From positions 1-55,243 of the IMG/VR virus record IMGVR_UViG_3300025669_000038: a DNA stretch of 55,243 nt. One strand, 5' to 3'. This DNA is from a virus. Taxonomy: Duplodnaviria; Caudoviricetes. Both the position numbers and the translations under genes were made by a program. Below, piece by piece: positions 8,057-17,355 of this stretch (position 1 is its first letter; each line of letters starts with the position of its first letter). The notes beneath the pieces were generated by a model. It was not told the DNA's origin, ran no database searches, and saw only the letters and a program-made list of their open reading frames with translations.

Positions 8057-9316
8057 TTATCCCCAAGCCATTATAATGTTGGCCTGAACGCCTGATTCCG
8101 CGTCACCTGTTGCATATAGGCTTATTGCAGTACCCTCAGATAGTGTGTATGTCTGTTCTCCTGCGCCAGTTTGATCGCCGCTCTTGAAGTATACGCCGGA
8201 GAATCCCGCAAAATCTGCTTCGATGTCTCCACCTGAATCGTCTTGAAAGTATATGCCGAGGTAGTCCCCGGCCTTTACTTCAAGAGCAATAGGGTTAGAC
8301 GATTCGTCGGTTGTGATTGTTTGTTTTGATCCAGCAGTGACATTCCCAATGGTGACGGAATCACGCGGCGTGAACTTAGCCCCATCCCTAGAGGCGGTAA
8401 CGATCTTGATCGTGCCTACTAACATCGAATCATGAGCCCATATCTCTACGCTGGTAATCGTTCCAGATAAATTTGCTGGATTGTCTAACCCGAAGCTGGT
8501 TAGTCCATCAGAGTAGAACGACGCACGATTTATCGCTCCTGCCCCCATATCAATAGGTTCGCCTAATGTTTCGAAATCATACGACACGCCGTAGCTAGTA
8601 CCCTCAGAGTTAACGGCGTAAGCTCTTATGCGGTAATCTGTCGCAGCTGAAAGACCCGTCAGCCCTTTGGTGTACGCGCCAGTTCCAAAGTCGCCGTCAT
8701 CGTACGCGACGCTATCAGCCGTTGTTGGATCTCCTGACGTTCCGACCCTATAACAGAATCCGCGCCTGGTAGCGTTCACTCCACCTGTATCTGTAATGTT
8801 CCCATTGCCAGTCACCGTGGTTTGTTCAATCGCGCTCGCCGCTTGTGTCGTGACTGTAGGCGCTTCATGAGCAGTTCCTTCTCCATATACACTTATATCA
8901 TAAGCAGCGTCGTACAGAAAATACAGTTGCTGTCCTGCGCCAAATTGATCTCCAGCCTTATACCAAACACCAGAACCACCCGTATCAGATTTTTCTAGAC
9001 CTCCAACGGAAAAGTACATTCCAACTATATCGTCAATGGTTGCATCGCAGTCAAGGCCGCTAAATGTCTGCGTGCTGCCAGCGGTCACTGTTCCGATAGT
9101 CTCAAAGTCATTGGGTGTGTAATTACCTGATCCATCAACACTAAATGTGCCGACTTTGTTGGTTCCAGTCATGCTGTACCCTGTAAATGCGTAAATCTCA
9201 AAACTTGTAATTATTCCTGTGGCATTTACCGGGTTTGAGATATTCAGATATGTAGTTCCTGCGGTAACAGCTGAATCGCGGTCAATCGCCGCTGCCCCTA
9301 CATCAATCGCAGCCAT
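8057..9316 (-). CDS. Putative virion adhesin: repeat domain-FN3-repeat domain (paralogue of 22720..24000)
   Basis: Two IDxGAxAIxR...NPxNxxG.ITSxE...GDQxGAGxQ domains flanking FN3 (YRIRAYAVNSEGTSYG). Confidence 0.7.
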   Translation of the reverse strand: MAAIDVGAAAIDRDSAVTAGTTYLNISNPVNATGIITSFEIYAFTGYSMTGTNKVGTFSVDGSGNYTPNDFETIGTVTAGSTQTFSGLDCDATIDDIVGMYFSVGGLEKSDTGGSGVWYKAGDQFGAGQQLYFLYDAAYDISVYGEGTAHEAPTVTTQAASAIEQTTVTGNGNITDTGGVNATRRGFCYRVGTSGDPTTADSVAYDDGDFGTGAYTKGLTGLSAATDYRIRAYAVNSEGTSYGVSYDFETLGEPIDMGAGAINRASFYSDGLTSFGLDNPANLSGTITSVEIWAHDSMLVGTIKIVTASRDGAKFTPRDSVTIGNVTAGSKQTITTDESSNPIALEVKAGDYLGIYFQDDSGGDIEADFAGFSGVYFKSGDQTGAGEQTYTLSEGTAISLYATGDAESGVQANIIMAWG

Positions 9317-9339
9317 CTATCTCACCCCGCTCTGCCTTA

Positions 9340-10932
9340 TTAAGGCAACCTAAATACAAGATTCACGCTCAAACCATTTGGCGCTGTCCCGCTGTGTATG
9401 GCATCTACGTCTACATAAATTTGGTCGCCAGTATTGACATCATCATTTGACGCGTTAACAACCCCATCAGAAGCAAAGAATTCGTCGCCCAATGTGATTT
9501 TGGTTGACAACATATCGGCGTCTGATCCAGCTCTACGTCTCCTCACTTGGATGTCTGTCGCCCCTGTGACTCCCTTGTCCGTCACTGAGGCTGTTGCGTC
9601 AACCAGATCCCACCCATTGAATGTAGCTGGAATTGTGAACGCATAGGTGCCGTTAGCAACCGTAACTGCCGTTCCACTCGCAACAGGAGCTATGCAGAAA
9701 CCTTTTTCTCCATAATTTGACCCAGCCAATGAATCTGGCGTCACTGCCAATGTCACGCTTGTGCCCGTGTCTACCTCAGATGCTATAGTGAGTTCGACTA
9801 TTCCTGCCACAGTTGTAGAAGAATCCGAAACTCCAAGAGTTGCTCTCGCCGTAGCTGCATCAGCGTCGTCAAGGATCGATTGAGCAAAACCAGTGCATGA
9901 AATCATGCCAATAGTGCCTGCTCCAGTTCCAACGATGATTTGGTCATCTGCGAATGTAAGACCAGCTAAAGCCGTTAGTTCAGCATCTGCCGTCTGGAAG
10001 TAGCTTGCTGCATGGCCTTCCAATTGAGAGGCGTTCAGATTCGCCACAACGGTCGTGCTGGCTACTGTGAACGGTGCTGTGCCCGTGGCTTGATCGCTAG
10101 CAAATCTTAATGCTGTAATCGTATAAGCTGCAACATCCCAATCAGCTGTAAGAGGAACCGATCCATCAGCTAGAAGATCACCTCCACCGGCAGCAGCGGC
10201 CCAAGCAGGGATTCCACCAACAACTTTCAGATAGTATCCAGCTGTGCCAATTCCTACGTTATCCCAATTCCCGCCTGCGTTTCTGTACAGGATGTCTCCT
10301 GTCGCCTCAGTCATTGCAGCGACGTCAGTATGAGTTGCAGAATCTAGCGCATGCGCAGTTCCGCCGCCCTCTGCTTCCCACGCAGGAGCGCCAGTATTTA
10401 CTTTAAGAACGTGGCCGTTGGTCCCAATAGGAAGTCTTGTTAATATCCCGCCTGCGCTGCGATAGTACATGTCGCTGGTGGCATCTGATCCGAGAGTCAT
10501 TGTCACGCCAGCAATAATAGCTCCAGCAGAGAGAGTAGCTGTTGTTACTGTTCCTAGTGTCGTGATGCTTGCAGTGCCAACCCAAGACGATAGTGCTGTG
10601 TTTTCTACGTTGTTTAGAGACAGGTCGGTTTTCACTTCCGAGTAACTTCTGCCCGCTATCGTGTCTGCGTCTGTGAATCGCGCGAAGTCATTAGCAACAG
10701 GCGTTCCACTGGTATCTACTGATCCGCCACCGATATTAGCATCGACATAAGCCTTGATCGATTGTTGCGTCGCCAGCTTCGTAGCAGAGTTAGACGCCAT
10801 TGTGTCTTCATCAAGGCAGTCTGAAATGTTCGCAGTTGTCGGGAAGTCGATGTTATGGCCGGCAAGATTTAGATCGCCAGTCAGCGCAGTCGACAGAGCC
10901 ACAGGCAGTCGTACCGCTGGATTATTAGCCAT
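9340..10932 (-). CDS. Tail fibre-like protein
   Basis: Ala/Thr/Gly-rich; GDILYR...LPIGTNGHVL repeats; AGIVELT...AVTP motif; shares a ~55-aa block with 25780..27273. Confidence 0.7.
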   Translation of the reverse strand: MANNPAVRLPVALSTALTGDLNLAGHNIDFPTTANISDCLDEDTMASNSATKLATQQSIKAYVDANIGGGSVDTSGTPVANDFARFTDADTIAGRSYSEVKTDLSLNNVENTALSSWVGTASITTLGTVTTATLSAGAIIAGVTMTLGSDATSDMYYRSAGGILTRLPIGTNGHVLKVNTGAPAWEAEGGGTAHALDSATHTDVAAMTEATGDILYRNAGGNWDNVGIGTAGYYLKVVGGIPAWAAAAGGGDLLADGSVPLTADWDVAAYTITALRFASDQATGTAPFTVASTTVVANLNASQLEGHAASYFQTADAELTALAGLTFADDQIIVGTGAGTIGMISCTGFAQSILDDADAATARATLGVSDSSTTVAGIVELTIASEVDTGTSVTLAVTPDSLAGSNYGEKGFCIAPVASGTAVTVANGTYAFTIPATFNGWDLVDATASVTDKGVTGATDIQVRRRRAGSDADMLSTKITLGDEFFASDGVVNASNDDVNTGDQIYVDVDAIHSGTAPNGLSVNLVFRLP

Positions 10933-11328
10933 TTACACCGCCTCCATGTCCTGAGTCGTCCTGGTTACGATGACGTTATGGATGTCTTCTGTCCCATCGT
11001 TCACAACCATCACGCAAGCATAGAGAGGATCGCTCCAAATTCCCTTCGTGATCTGTTCTCTTCCTCCCGCTGTTGCGATCAAATCGAACGAGCTATAGTC
11101 TTGCGTGTCCCACACATTCTCGTCTGTGCCTCCTACTGGAGATGTCCTTACGTGCGCCGTCACAGTCCCTGCTACAGAGAATGTTCCTTCCATTGTCAGT
11201 GCAAACGAGCTTGATACGTCCATGTCAATAGTTGCGCATTCTGTCCCGCCCGGAGAAGCAGGAATGGTTGATCCTGCTGGGAGAGTTCCTATCGTCATAA
11301 TTATCTCTTTGCTTTTGTCGAAGCTCAT
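10933..11328 (-). CDS. Small beta-rich virion/adaptor protein
   Basis: SD AGGAG inside the upstream gene; truncated paralogue at 22555-22689. Confidence 0.6.
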   Translation of the reverse strand: MSFDKSKEIIMTIGTLPAGSTIPASPGGTECATIDMDVSSSFALTMEGTFSVAGTVTAHVRTSPVGGTDENVWDTQDYSSFDLIATAGGREQITKGIWSDPLYACVMVVNDGTEDIHNVIVTRTTQDMEAV

Positions 11329-11329
11329 G

Positions 11330-12892
11330 CTATCTCCTTCCTTGCGGCGACATAGATATTGCCGGGAAATTCCTCAACTTGAAATACACGTCGACGCCAT
11401 GCGGCAGCGGGTCAATCGTCACCGAAGAACTCCTGGACGTTGTTGTAGGCTCTACAGGATAGTGCAACTGGTCTTCGTAGGATAGATAGACGGCTGTATA
11501 CCCATACCAGTACGCCTTGCACCGCGCCCATCTGATACTCATTGCGCTGCGCGTTTCACCCGTTCTCGTTTGATAAGCCCATCTACGAAAGCTCAATACT
11601 TGCGGTGTGGGCAGCTTCGTCATGCCTCCCTCGAGCCACTCAAGGCGCTGGCGTTGGCGCTCCTCTTCAGTCAGCTCGCCACTCAGCCACCGGCCCCTCA
11701 GACCGATCACCATGTCAGCAACTCCAGTGTATGTGGTTCGACCACCTACCAGAGCCGGAGACAAGTCGATCACAACACCAGTGATTCCAATCTGCATCGT
11801 GTAATCGAGGAACTGGAATTCCACCAATTCATTCAACTGGGGCTCTGCCCACAAGACATCCAGGTCAACCGCTACGCCTGGGCTTGGCGAACCCAGATCG
11901 TGAGCTGCGTAATCTCTCAACCGCTCGGCTCCTGCAAGTGTTCTGACTGGGCTATTGTTATCCAACACCAACCTCATCACTCGATGCAGTTTCGTCCCGT
12001 CGCCGGCTGGGGTACCGTACTTCGCACGAGCTGCTTCATCCTTGGCTGCTGTCGTTATTTTCTGCGCTCCGTTACTCAGCTCGAACACAACTTCAATGGA
12101 CGTCCGGACGTCCTCAAGGCCCGACCTAACGTTTCGGCGTTTGCATTCTTCTGCCCACGTGTGATCTGGCACGGTCTTGTCGCGTAGCGGGTTTACCAAC
12201 GTTAGATAGAAGCCCTCTTCGGGCGTGCTTTCTCCTGAGCCATCATCGTAGGCTACTCCCGCTGCATGATGTCTCGCTGACAATATGTATCCCGTAATTT
12301 CGATTGCAGTTTGCAGCGCATCCCACGTCGAACCTGTCTTCGTTATGTACTCAGTGACCTGGAGATATGGATCGTCCGCGATCACTACATGCGCCAGCTT
12401 ACCAAGGAACCCTGAATCCATCAGAATGCTTCTCAACAACGAGGTTGCCAGATCTCTGTCTTTGTAGACGATATTCACCAAGCGGTCGCGTTCCTTGATC
12501 GGCTGAGTGACGCCAAACGGAGCAAAGAGAACGGTGTGCATTTTCGAGTCAACAGCCAAGCTATCCACGTCCGCCCCGCAGTACCCTTGAAACAGCACAA
12601 CCCAGCCGGACCCGGTGTCGTAATCAACCTGGACTTCATGATTCTCTGTCAGTATCGGATCGTTCGCGGAGCTGCCGTCTTGGTTCAACGTGGACAGCTG
12701 GTCTTCAGGCTCAAGGGACAAATTCTGCGACACATAGTCATGGGCGTTGTCGAACGTGATCGAACACTCGTAATCAGCAGCGTCAATGTCACCCGCAACC
12801 ACAGGGCCAGTAATCACGCGATCCGACAGATCAACCTCTGTGCCGTCGTCGTGCCAGACACGTACTCTCGTCTTGACGATGTTCCTTGGCAT
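11330..12892 (-). CDS. Baseplate hub/tail-tip protein, N-terminal half, ending in an incomplete FN3 domain
   Basis: First large gene after tape measure; AARAKYG and ELVEF..ITGV hub-like pattern; C-terminal FN3 strands B-F. Confidence 0.65.
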   Translation of the reverse strand: MPRNIVKTRVRVWHDDGTEVDLSDRVITGPVVAGDIDAADYECSITFDNAHDYVSQNLSLEPEDQLSTLNQDGSSANDPILTENHEVQVDYDTGSGWVVLFQGYCGADVDSLAVDSKMHTVLFAPFGVTQPIKERDRLVNIVYKDRDLATSLLRSILMDSGFLGKLAHVVIADDPYLQVTEYITKTGSTWDALQTAIEITGYILSARHHAAGVAYDDGSGESTPEEGFYLTLVNPLRDKTVPDHTWAEECKRRNVRSGLEDVRTSIEVVFELSNGAQKITTAAKDEAARAKYGTPAGDGTKLHRVMRLVLDNNSPVRTLAGAERLRDYAAHDLGSPSPGVAVDLDVLWAEPQLNELVEFQFLDYTMQIGITGVVIDLSPALVGGRTTYTGVADMVIGLRGRWLSGELTEEERQRQRLEWLEGGMTKLPTPQVLSFRRWAYQTRTGETRSAMSIRWARCKAYWYGYTAVYLSYEDQLHYPVEPTTTSRSSSVTIDPLPHGVDVYFKLRNFPAISMSPQGRR

Positions 12893-12949
12893 TCGCTATC
12901 CCCTCGCTCTCAGCCCAGCACCTGTGGTGGATCGTGGTCCTTGCGCCTC

Positions 12950-12984
12950 AAAAATGGAAAGGCTCTGAGCGCCAACTCAGAGCC
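12950..12984 (-). terminator. Intrinsic terminator-like hairpin inside the tail operon
   Basis: Perfect 9-bp stem GGCUCUGAG/CUCAGAGCC followed by UUUCCAUUUUU. Confidence 0.7.
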
Positions 12985-13023
12985 AAAGACGCCTTCTCAT
13001 CACGAGAGTTAAGAGGTCTATTG
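12950..13023 (-). ncRNA. Putative ~70-nt small RNA or attenuator (sRNA-B)
   Basis: Between promoter 13030-13058 and terminator 12950-12984. Confidence 0.5.
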
Positions 13024-13029
13024 AGTAGT

Positions 13030-13058
13030 AGTATAGCTAAATTCCAGAGTATAGTCAA
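13030..13058 (-). promoter_or_regulatory. Sigma70-type promoter
   Basis: TTGACT-17-TATACT. Confidence 0.75.
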
Positions 13059-13077
13059 ATTAAGCGACCTCATGATC

Positions 13078-16000
13078 TCACCTCGCCTCCCTGAGCCCTG
13101 CCGAGGTCGATTTCTTCCCCGTCAGTCTCTTTCCTCTTCGTTGGATCGAGCGCACCGTGTAGTCGCTGACCTCTCGGCCGCCGACGTACACGTGAACCTC
13201 AGTTGTTCCACCACCGCCGTTAAGCCCAGCCAATACCCCCGCCTGTTGCGTTTGATTCAAGATGATTTCTTGTCCATGAGTGAGCGACATACGGGGCTGC
13301 CCAATCGGCCCGGGGACCACACCGCCCTCTGCGAATGGTAGGAGTCCCATTCCTGACCCGCCTCCACCAAGGTCAGCTAACCAAGCATTTCTCTCTAAGA
13401 ACCCAACTGCATCTTCGAGATTCGTAACAAGATCAGTCAGCGCCGCCTCAAGTCGAGTGAGCAATATCCTCTCAATCGTGTCCCAATGTGTGTCAATGAA
13501 GTTAATGAGTCGGATTAGGACAGGCTCTACAGTTGTCCACACACTTGCCAGCACTTCCAAAACCCCCTCCAATAGCGGAACTATATACGGCGCGAGAATA
13601 TCCACGATGCTTTTCAATTGCTCCCACAAACTCGATAGGATTTCTCCCAACAGCGGGAATGCCTTGCCCTTCAAGAATGGCTCCATCTCTGTTGTCCACC
13701 ACTCGCCAAACCCAGCAAAGAACTTTTGGAAGCTCGGCATGAGATCTGTGATAATAAACTCCGAGAGTGGAATCAACGCACCTTCTAGCAGCGTGTTGAT
13801 CACTGGAGAAATCGCATTAGATAGCGCTGCGAAAAACTCCGGCAGCTTTCTTCCTATCGTTCCAAGATTCACAGAGAATGCCGCGAGATTAACGGCTGTC
13901 GCTTCAAACGTGTCAACGATGAATCTCGCCACACCAAGTATGTACCCCAGGAACAGATCGAGACCACCCTTGAGAATTTTAGGCAACGTGTTTTTCAAAA
14001 GCGTTTTCATATCAGAGTCAATGTAAGACGCAAGCGCAACTAGCCCTTCGCCCAGCCACTCTAATGAATCCAGCACCGCTGCCATAATTGGCTCGCCAAC
14101 TGCTGCCCATACGGATTCTAGTATCTCAGCTGCGTTTTTGAACAGCTGGATCATGTTTTCGATTTGCACTCCGAATCTTGTAATCAAATGATCGACCCAC
14201 GTAAGCGTATCGTCTAGTTCGTCTTCTAGCGGTTCATCTCCTGGCCATATAGCTCCAGGGCTTGCCGCCTCGTATGCTCTTGCAGCTCGTTTCCAGGATC
14301 TAGGAACGCCAACCTCAGTTAACTTGGATTTATCAATCGCGGTAATCACAGCTGCGGTAATCCCAAATATGCTTTGAATGAGGCTGAATACAGGCTTCAA
14401 GAACCCCAGCAACAGATTAAATATCATGCTTTGAAGATCGCTAGCAGCCTTCTGCATTGCCTGATAGTTTTCGGTCGAAGTTATGAGATCGTTGAAACTG
14501 TCAGCCAGCTTAGTCGCAGCATTCTCTATTACGCTCCACATATCAACGATCCTGTCTTTCAGCCATGTGAACGTATCGAGTATCTTCTGCCTTGCAGCAG
14601 TAGCCATATCATTCAACGCAGTGAAGATAACGGCGATCCCTTGAATGGCGCCAGCTATTGGATTGACTAGAAATGTTTGGAGTGCGCCGAACATGCCGCT
14701 TGCAAACGCCGCTACCTTCTCAGGCAACATTCCAATCACCGCGTCAATTGCTTCGCTCCATCCTTCAGCTAGCCAATCGGCGATCTTCGTTTGCCATGAT
14801 CCTGCGGGGTCAGGCACATCCGCAGGTGCAGGTGCAGTCCCTGTCCCTGTCCCCTCTCTAGGGCCATGCTGAGGCGGCGCCCCAAACAATTCAAACGGGT
14901 TCACGCCTGGTGTCATATCCCAAGCATTCGCAACGTCCCTAGCAGCCGTCTTTGATTGCGCCACTATCTTATCTAGAACAGTCGCAATACCGGGGACTAG
15001 GTCTTGGAATGATCCAAGAATGCTAGTGACTCCATCAGACCACGCATCTGCCATATCGCTAGCCGAGTCTCCTGATGCCACAATCTCTATCCTGAGTTCG
15101 TCTAGCTCGCCAGCAATTCTTGACAGCGTTCCAATATCCATGTCAAATAGCTTGTCAAGTTCTGATCCTGCCATATTGATTGCCATCGTTAATATCTCAG
15201 ACACCTCTGCGGCTCTATTCGCAGAATCGGCCAGATCTTCAAATGACCCTACCATGTCGCCAACGCGCTCCACATTCATGCTAGCGGCTTCGGCTAGAGG
15301 AGTGAGAATGCCTTTCAAGATCTTAAATGATGTATACGCGGCAACAGCAGCAATCCCGACAGGGCCAAGAGCTACCCCTAATCCCTTAATCGCCAGAGTC
15401 AATGTCTTAAATGCGGTGATTATTTTCGCTGCAACTAGGAGCCCTGTAACTGCGAGGATTGCCTTTAGCCCTATGACAACCTTACCGTAATTCTTGATGA
15501 ACCACTCGACCCCTTTCTTAATAGTTTCAAATAATGACGACAGCCCTTCCTCGAGCGCATCGCTCTCCTCTGCCCATACATTGAACTCATTCACAGCTGG
15601 GATGATTGCATTTTCAACCAGATCCTGGATTATAGGAATTATCTTATCGCCAATCGTAACAAGCATCGCGTTCCATGATCCGGCTAGTATTGTCATCTGC
15701 CCAGATAGCGTATCCATCCTAGTGTCAGCCATTTCCTGCGCTGCGCCAGCTGCGTTCTTTAGCAAAGTCGCTAGCTCGCCAAGCCCATCATTCTCTTGAA
15801 CAAGAGCAGCGATTGCAGGCCCTGCGCGTTTTCCCATCATGTCTAGGATATCGCCAGTATCTGCGCCAGCTTCTTCTAGTATGTTCATGATGTCTATGAA
15901 GCCCATCAACTCTCCGTTAGGGTCGCTAATGTCCGCCATTGTGACGCCGACATTCGCAAGCGACTCCACAAATCCATCTGTCTCTGCTATCAACTCAGCG

Positions 16001-16683
16001 AATGCATACCGCAACGCAGTCCCGGCCTGTGATCCCTGGATACCAGCATCGCCCAACTTTGCAATCGCAGCTACCGTCTCTTCCAAAGAGAAGCCAGCAG
16101 CACGGGCAAGCGGAGCAATGTACTTCATCGACTCGCCAAGCATAGACACGTCTACGTTCGCACTAGCGGCAGCCTGAGCGAAGACATCAGCGACCCTTCC
16201 TGCGTCAGATGCTTCAAGCCCCATCGCACGAATGGTCTTCGACGTAATATCGGCTGCTTCTCCAAGAGAGATAGAAGCGGCGGCGGCAAGCGATGCAGCC
16301 CCGTCAACACCACTTAGAATCTCTTCAGTAGAGAATCCAGCGCGTCCAAGGGCCTCCATCCCAGCGGCGATGTCTACCATTGTGAATTTGGTATCACGCC
16401 CTAGCTGCTTAGCCTTATCTGATAGGAGTTCAAACTGCTTCGCGGTAGGCTGTGTTACTGCCTTTACGTCAGCCATCGCTTGCTCAAACTCTGACGCAGC
16501 ACTTACCGCTTTGGTGAGTAAAACAACAGAAGCGACGACTACGGCTGCCCCCATAACCGCCACTGCTTTCGTGAATTTCGCTGTGGCGGCGCCTGCGCTC
16601 ATCATGGCTCTGTTGTAGCCAGCCGCATTCCCGCCTACGATGACGTTGATGTTCTTCGCAAATCCTGTAGTCCCAAACATCAT
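13078..16683 (-). CDS. Tail tape measure protein (TP901-family core)
   Basis: 1201 aa; FEQAMADVKAV, AKQLGRDTKFT, GIQGSQAGTALR, DTLSGQMTILAGSW; C-terminal FAEGGVV. Confidence 0.93.
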   Translation of the reverse strand: MMFGTTGFAKNINVIVGGNAAGYNRAMMSAGAATAKFTKAVAVMGAAVVVASVVLLTKAVSAASEFEQAMADVKAVTQPTAKQFELLSDKAKQLGRDTKFTMVDIAAGMEALGRAGFSTEEILSGVDGAASLAAAASISLGEAADITSKTIRAMGLEASDAGRVADVFAQAAASANVDVSMLGESMKYIAPLARAAGFSLEETVAAIAKLGDAGIQGSQAGTALRYAFAELIAETDGFVESLANVGVTMADISDPNGELMGFIDIMNILEEAGADTGDILDMMGKRAGPAIAALVQENDGLGELATLLKNAAGAAQEMADTRMDTLSGQMTILAGSWNAMLVTIGDKIIPIIQDLVENAIIPAVNEFNVWAEESDALEEGLSSLFETIKKGVEWFIKNYGKVVIGLKAILAVTGLLVAAKIITAFKTLTLAIKGLGVALGPVGIAAVAAYTSFKILKGILTPLAEAASMNVERVGDMVGSFEDLADSANRAAEVSEILTMAINMAGSELDKLFDMDIGTLSRIAGELDELRIEIVASGDSASDMADAWSDGVTSILGSFQDLVPGIATVLDKIVAQSKTAARDVANAWDMTPGVNPFELFGAPPQHGPREGTGTGTAPAPADVPDPAGSWQTKIADWLAEGWSEAIDAVIGMLPEKVAAFASGMFGALQTFLVNPIAGAIQGIAVIFTALNDMATAARQKILDTFTWLKDRIVDMWSVIENAATKLADSFNDLITSTENYQAMQKAASDLQSMIFNLLLGFLKPVFSLIQSIFGITAAVITAIDKSKLTEVGVPRSWKRAARAYEAASPGAIWPGDEPLEDELDDTLTWVDHLITRFGVQIENMIQLFKNAAEILESVWAAVGEPIMAAVLDSLEWLGEGLVALASYIDSDMKTLLKNTLPKILKGGLDLFLGYILGVARFIVDTFEATAVNLAAFSVNLGTIGRKLPEFFAALSNAISPVINTLLEGALIPLSEFIITDLMPSFQKFFAGFGEWWTTEMEPFLKGKAFPLLGEILSSLWEQLKSIVDILAPYIVPLLEGVLEVLASVWTTVEPVLIRLINFIDTHWDTIERILLTRLEAALTDLVTNLEDAVGFLERNAWLADLGGGGSGMGLLPFAEGGVVPGPIGQPRMSLTHGQEIILNQTQQAGVLAGLNGGGGTTEVHVYVGGREVSDYTVRSIQRRGKRLTGKKSTSAGLREAR

Positions 16684-16898
16684 TCACGTCCTTTTAGCTT
16701 GGCATTCATCCCCGCCAGCTTTCGCAGATCAGAGTCACGCGGCTTCGCAGAGCCATCTTCGTTGAGCTTCGCGTACCCCCTTTGCAATCTTCCTATTTCG
16801 TTCAGTGTCAACCGATACATGGAGTTCGGGCCGATATAGCAATAGCCCTGCGTGTGCATCCACGCCTCAAACTCCTCTTCTAGCTCTATTCGTTTTTT
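16680..16898 (-). CDS. Tail assembly chaperone -1 frameshift extension (gpGT-like)
   Basis: Slippery A AAA AAC at 16898-16892; -1 frame open for 70 codons (RIELEEEFEAWMHTQGY...KGRE*), ending on the tape measure start. Confidence 0.85.
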   Translation of the reverse strand, partial: KKRIELEEEFEAWMHTQGYCYIGPNSMYRLTLNEIGRLQRGYAKLNEDGSAKPRDSDLRKLAGMNAKLKGRE

Positions 16899-17263
16899 TC
16901 CGTGACCACCAAGTTCCCGTCTTCGTCGGTTTCAACATCTACCTTGTCGGACAAACCAGACGCCTTGACGATTGCCGTGACAAGCTCGTTGACGGTCTTC
17001 CCTTTGAACTCTTTCTCGACGTACTCAGGGGTGATGTGGCTCATGCTCGGTTCCACCATGTGCTTCTTGAGGAACTCCGTGAGCGTCTTCGTGTTGTCCA
17101 GCTTTCCTGCACCCGTCAGCGCATTGGCATCGCCATACGTCATCGGGATAACTAACACCGTTCCGAACTCTGTCTGTTCCTCCAAGGGTACGATCTTGTC
17201 ATCTCCGTCACGCTTGACGGTCATCGACTCAATCGTTGCACGTTGATCCTGCCTTACTTCCAT
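16886..17263 (-). CDS. Tail assembly chaperone (gpG-like)
   Basis: Between tube and tape measure; SD GGAGGA before ATG 17263; ends in a slippery site. Confidence 0.8.
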   Translation of the reverse strand: MEVRQDQRATIESMTVKRDGDDKIVPLEEQTEFGTVLVIPMTYGDANALTGAGKLDNTKTLTEFLKKHMVEPSMSHITPEYVEKEFKGKTVNELVTAIVKASGLSDKVDVETDEDGNLVVTEKNE

Positions 17264-17312
17264 CAGTGTCCTCCTGTCTTTTCCTTTACCCATTTGGTAA
17301 CTCCTAACGCTG

Positions 17313-17349
17313 CTCGTGCCGCCGCCGACCAATTCGACGGCAGCACGAG
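17313..17349 (-). other. 16-bp GC-rich RNA hairpin after the tail tube gene
   Basis: CUCGUGCUGCCGUCGA/UCGGCGGCGGCACGAG; fully paired only on the minus strand (G-U pairs); no U tract. Confidence 0.7.
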
Positions 17350-17355
17350 AGCAGG

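Noticed and set aside
7980-11400. Split intein, self-splicing intron or T4 gene 60-type bypass rejoining the tail-tip halves
   Set aside because: Junction peptides are too short and lack C/S...HN intein motifs; no intron core seen; no stop codon right after a take-off codon
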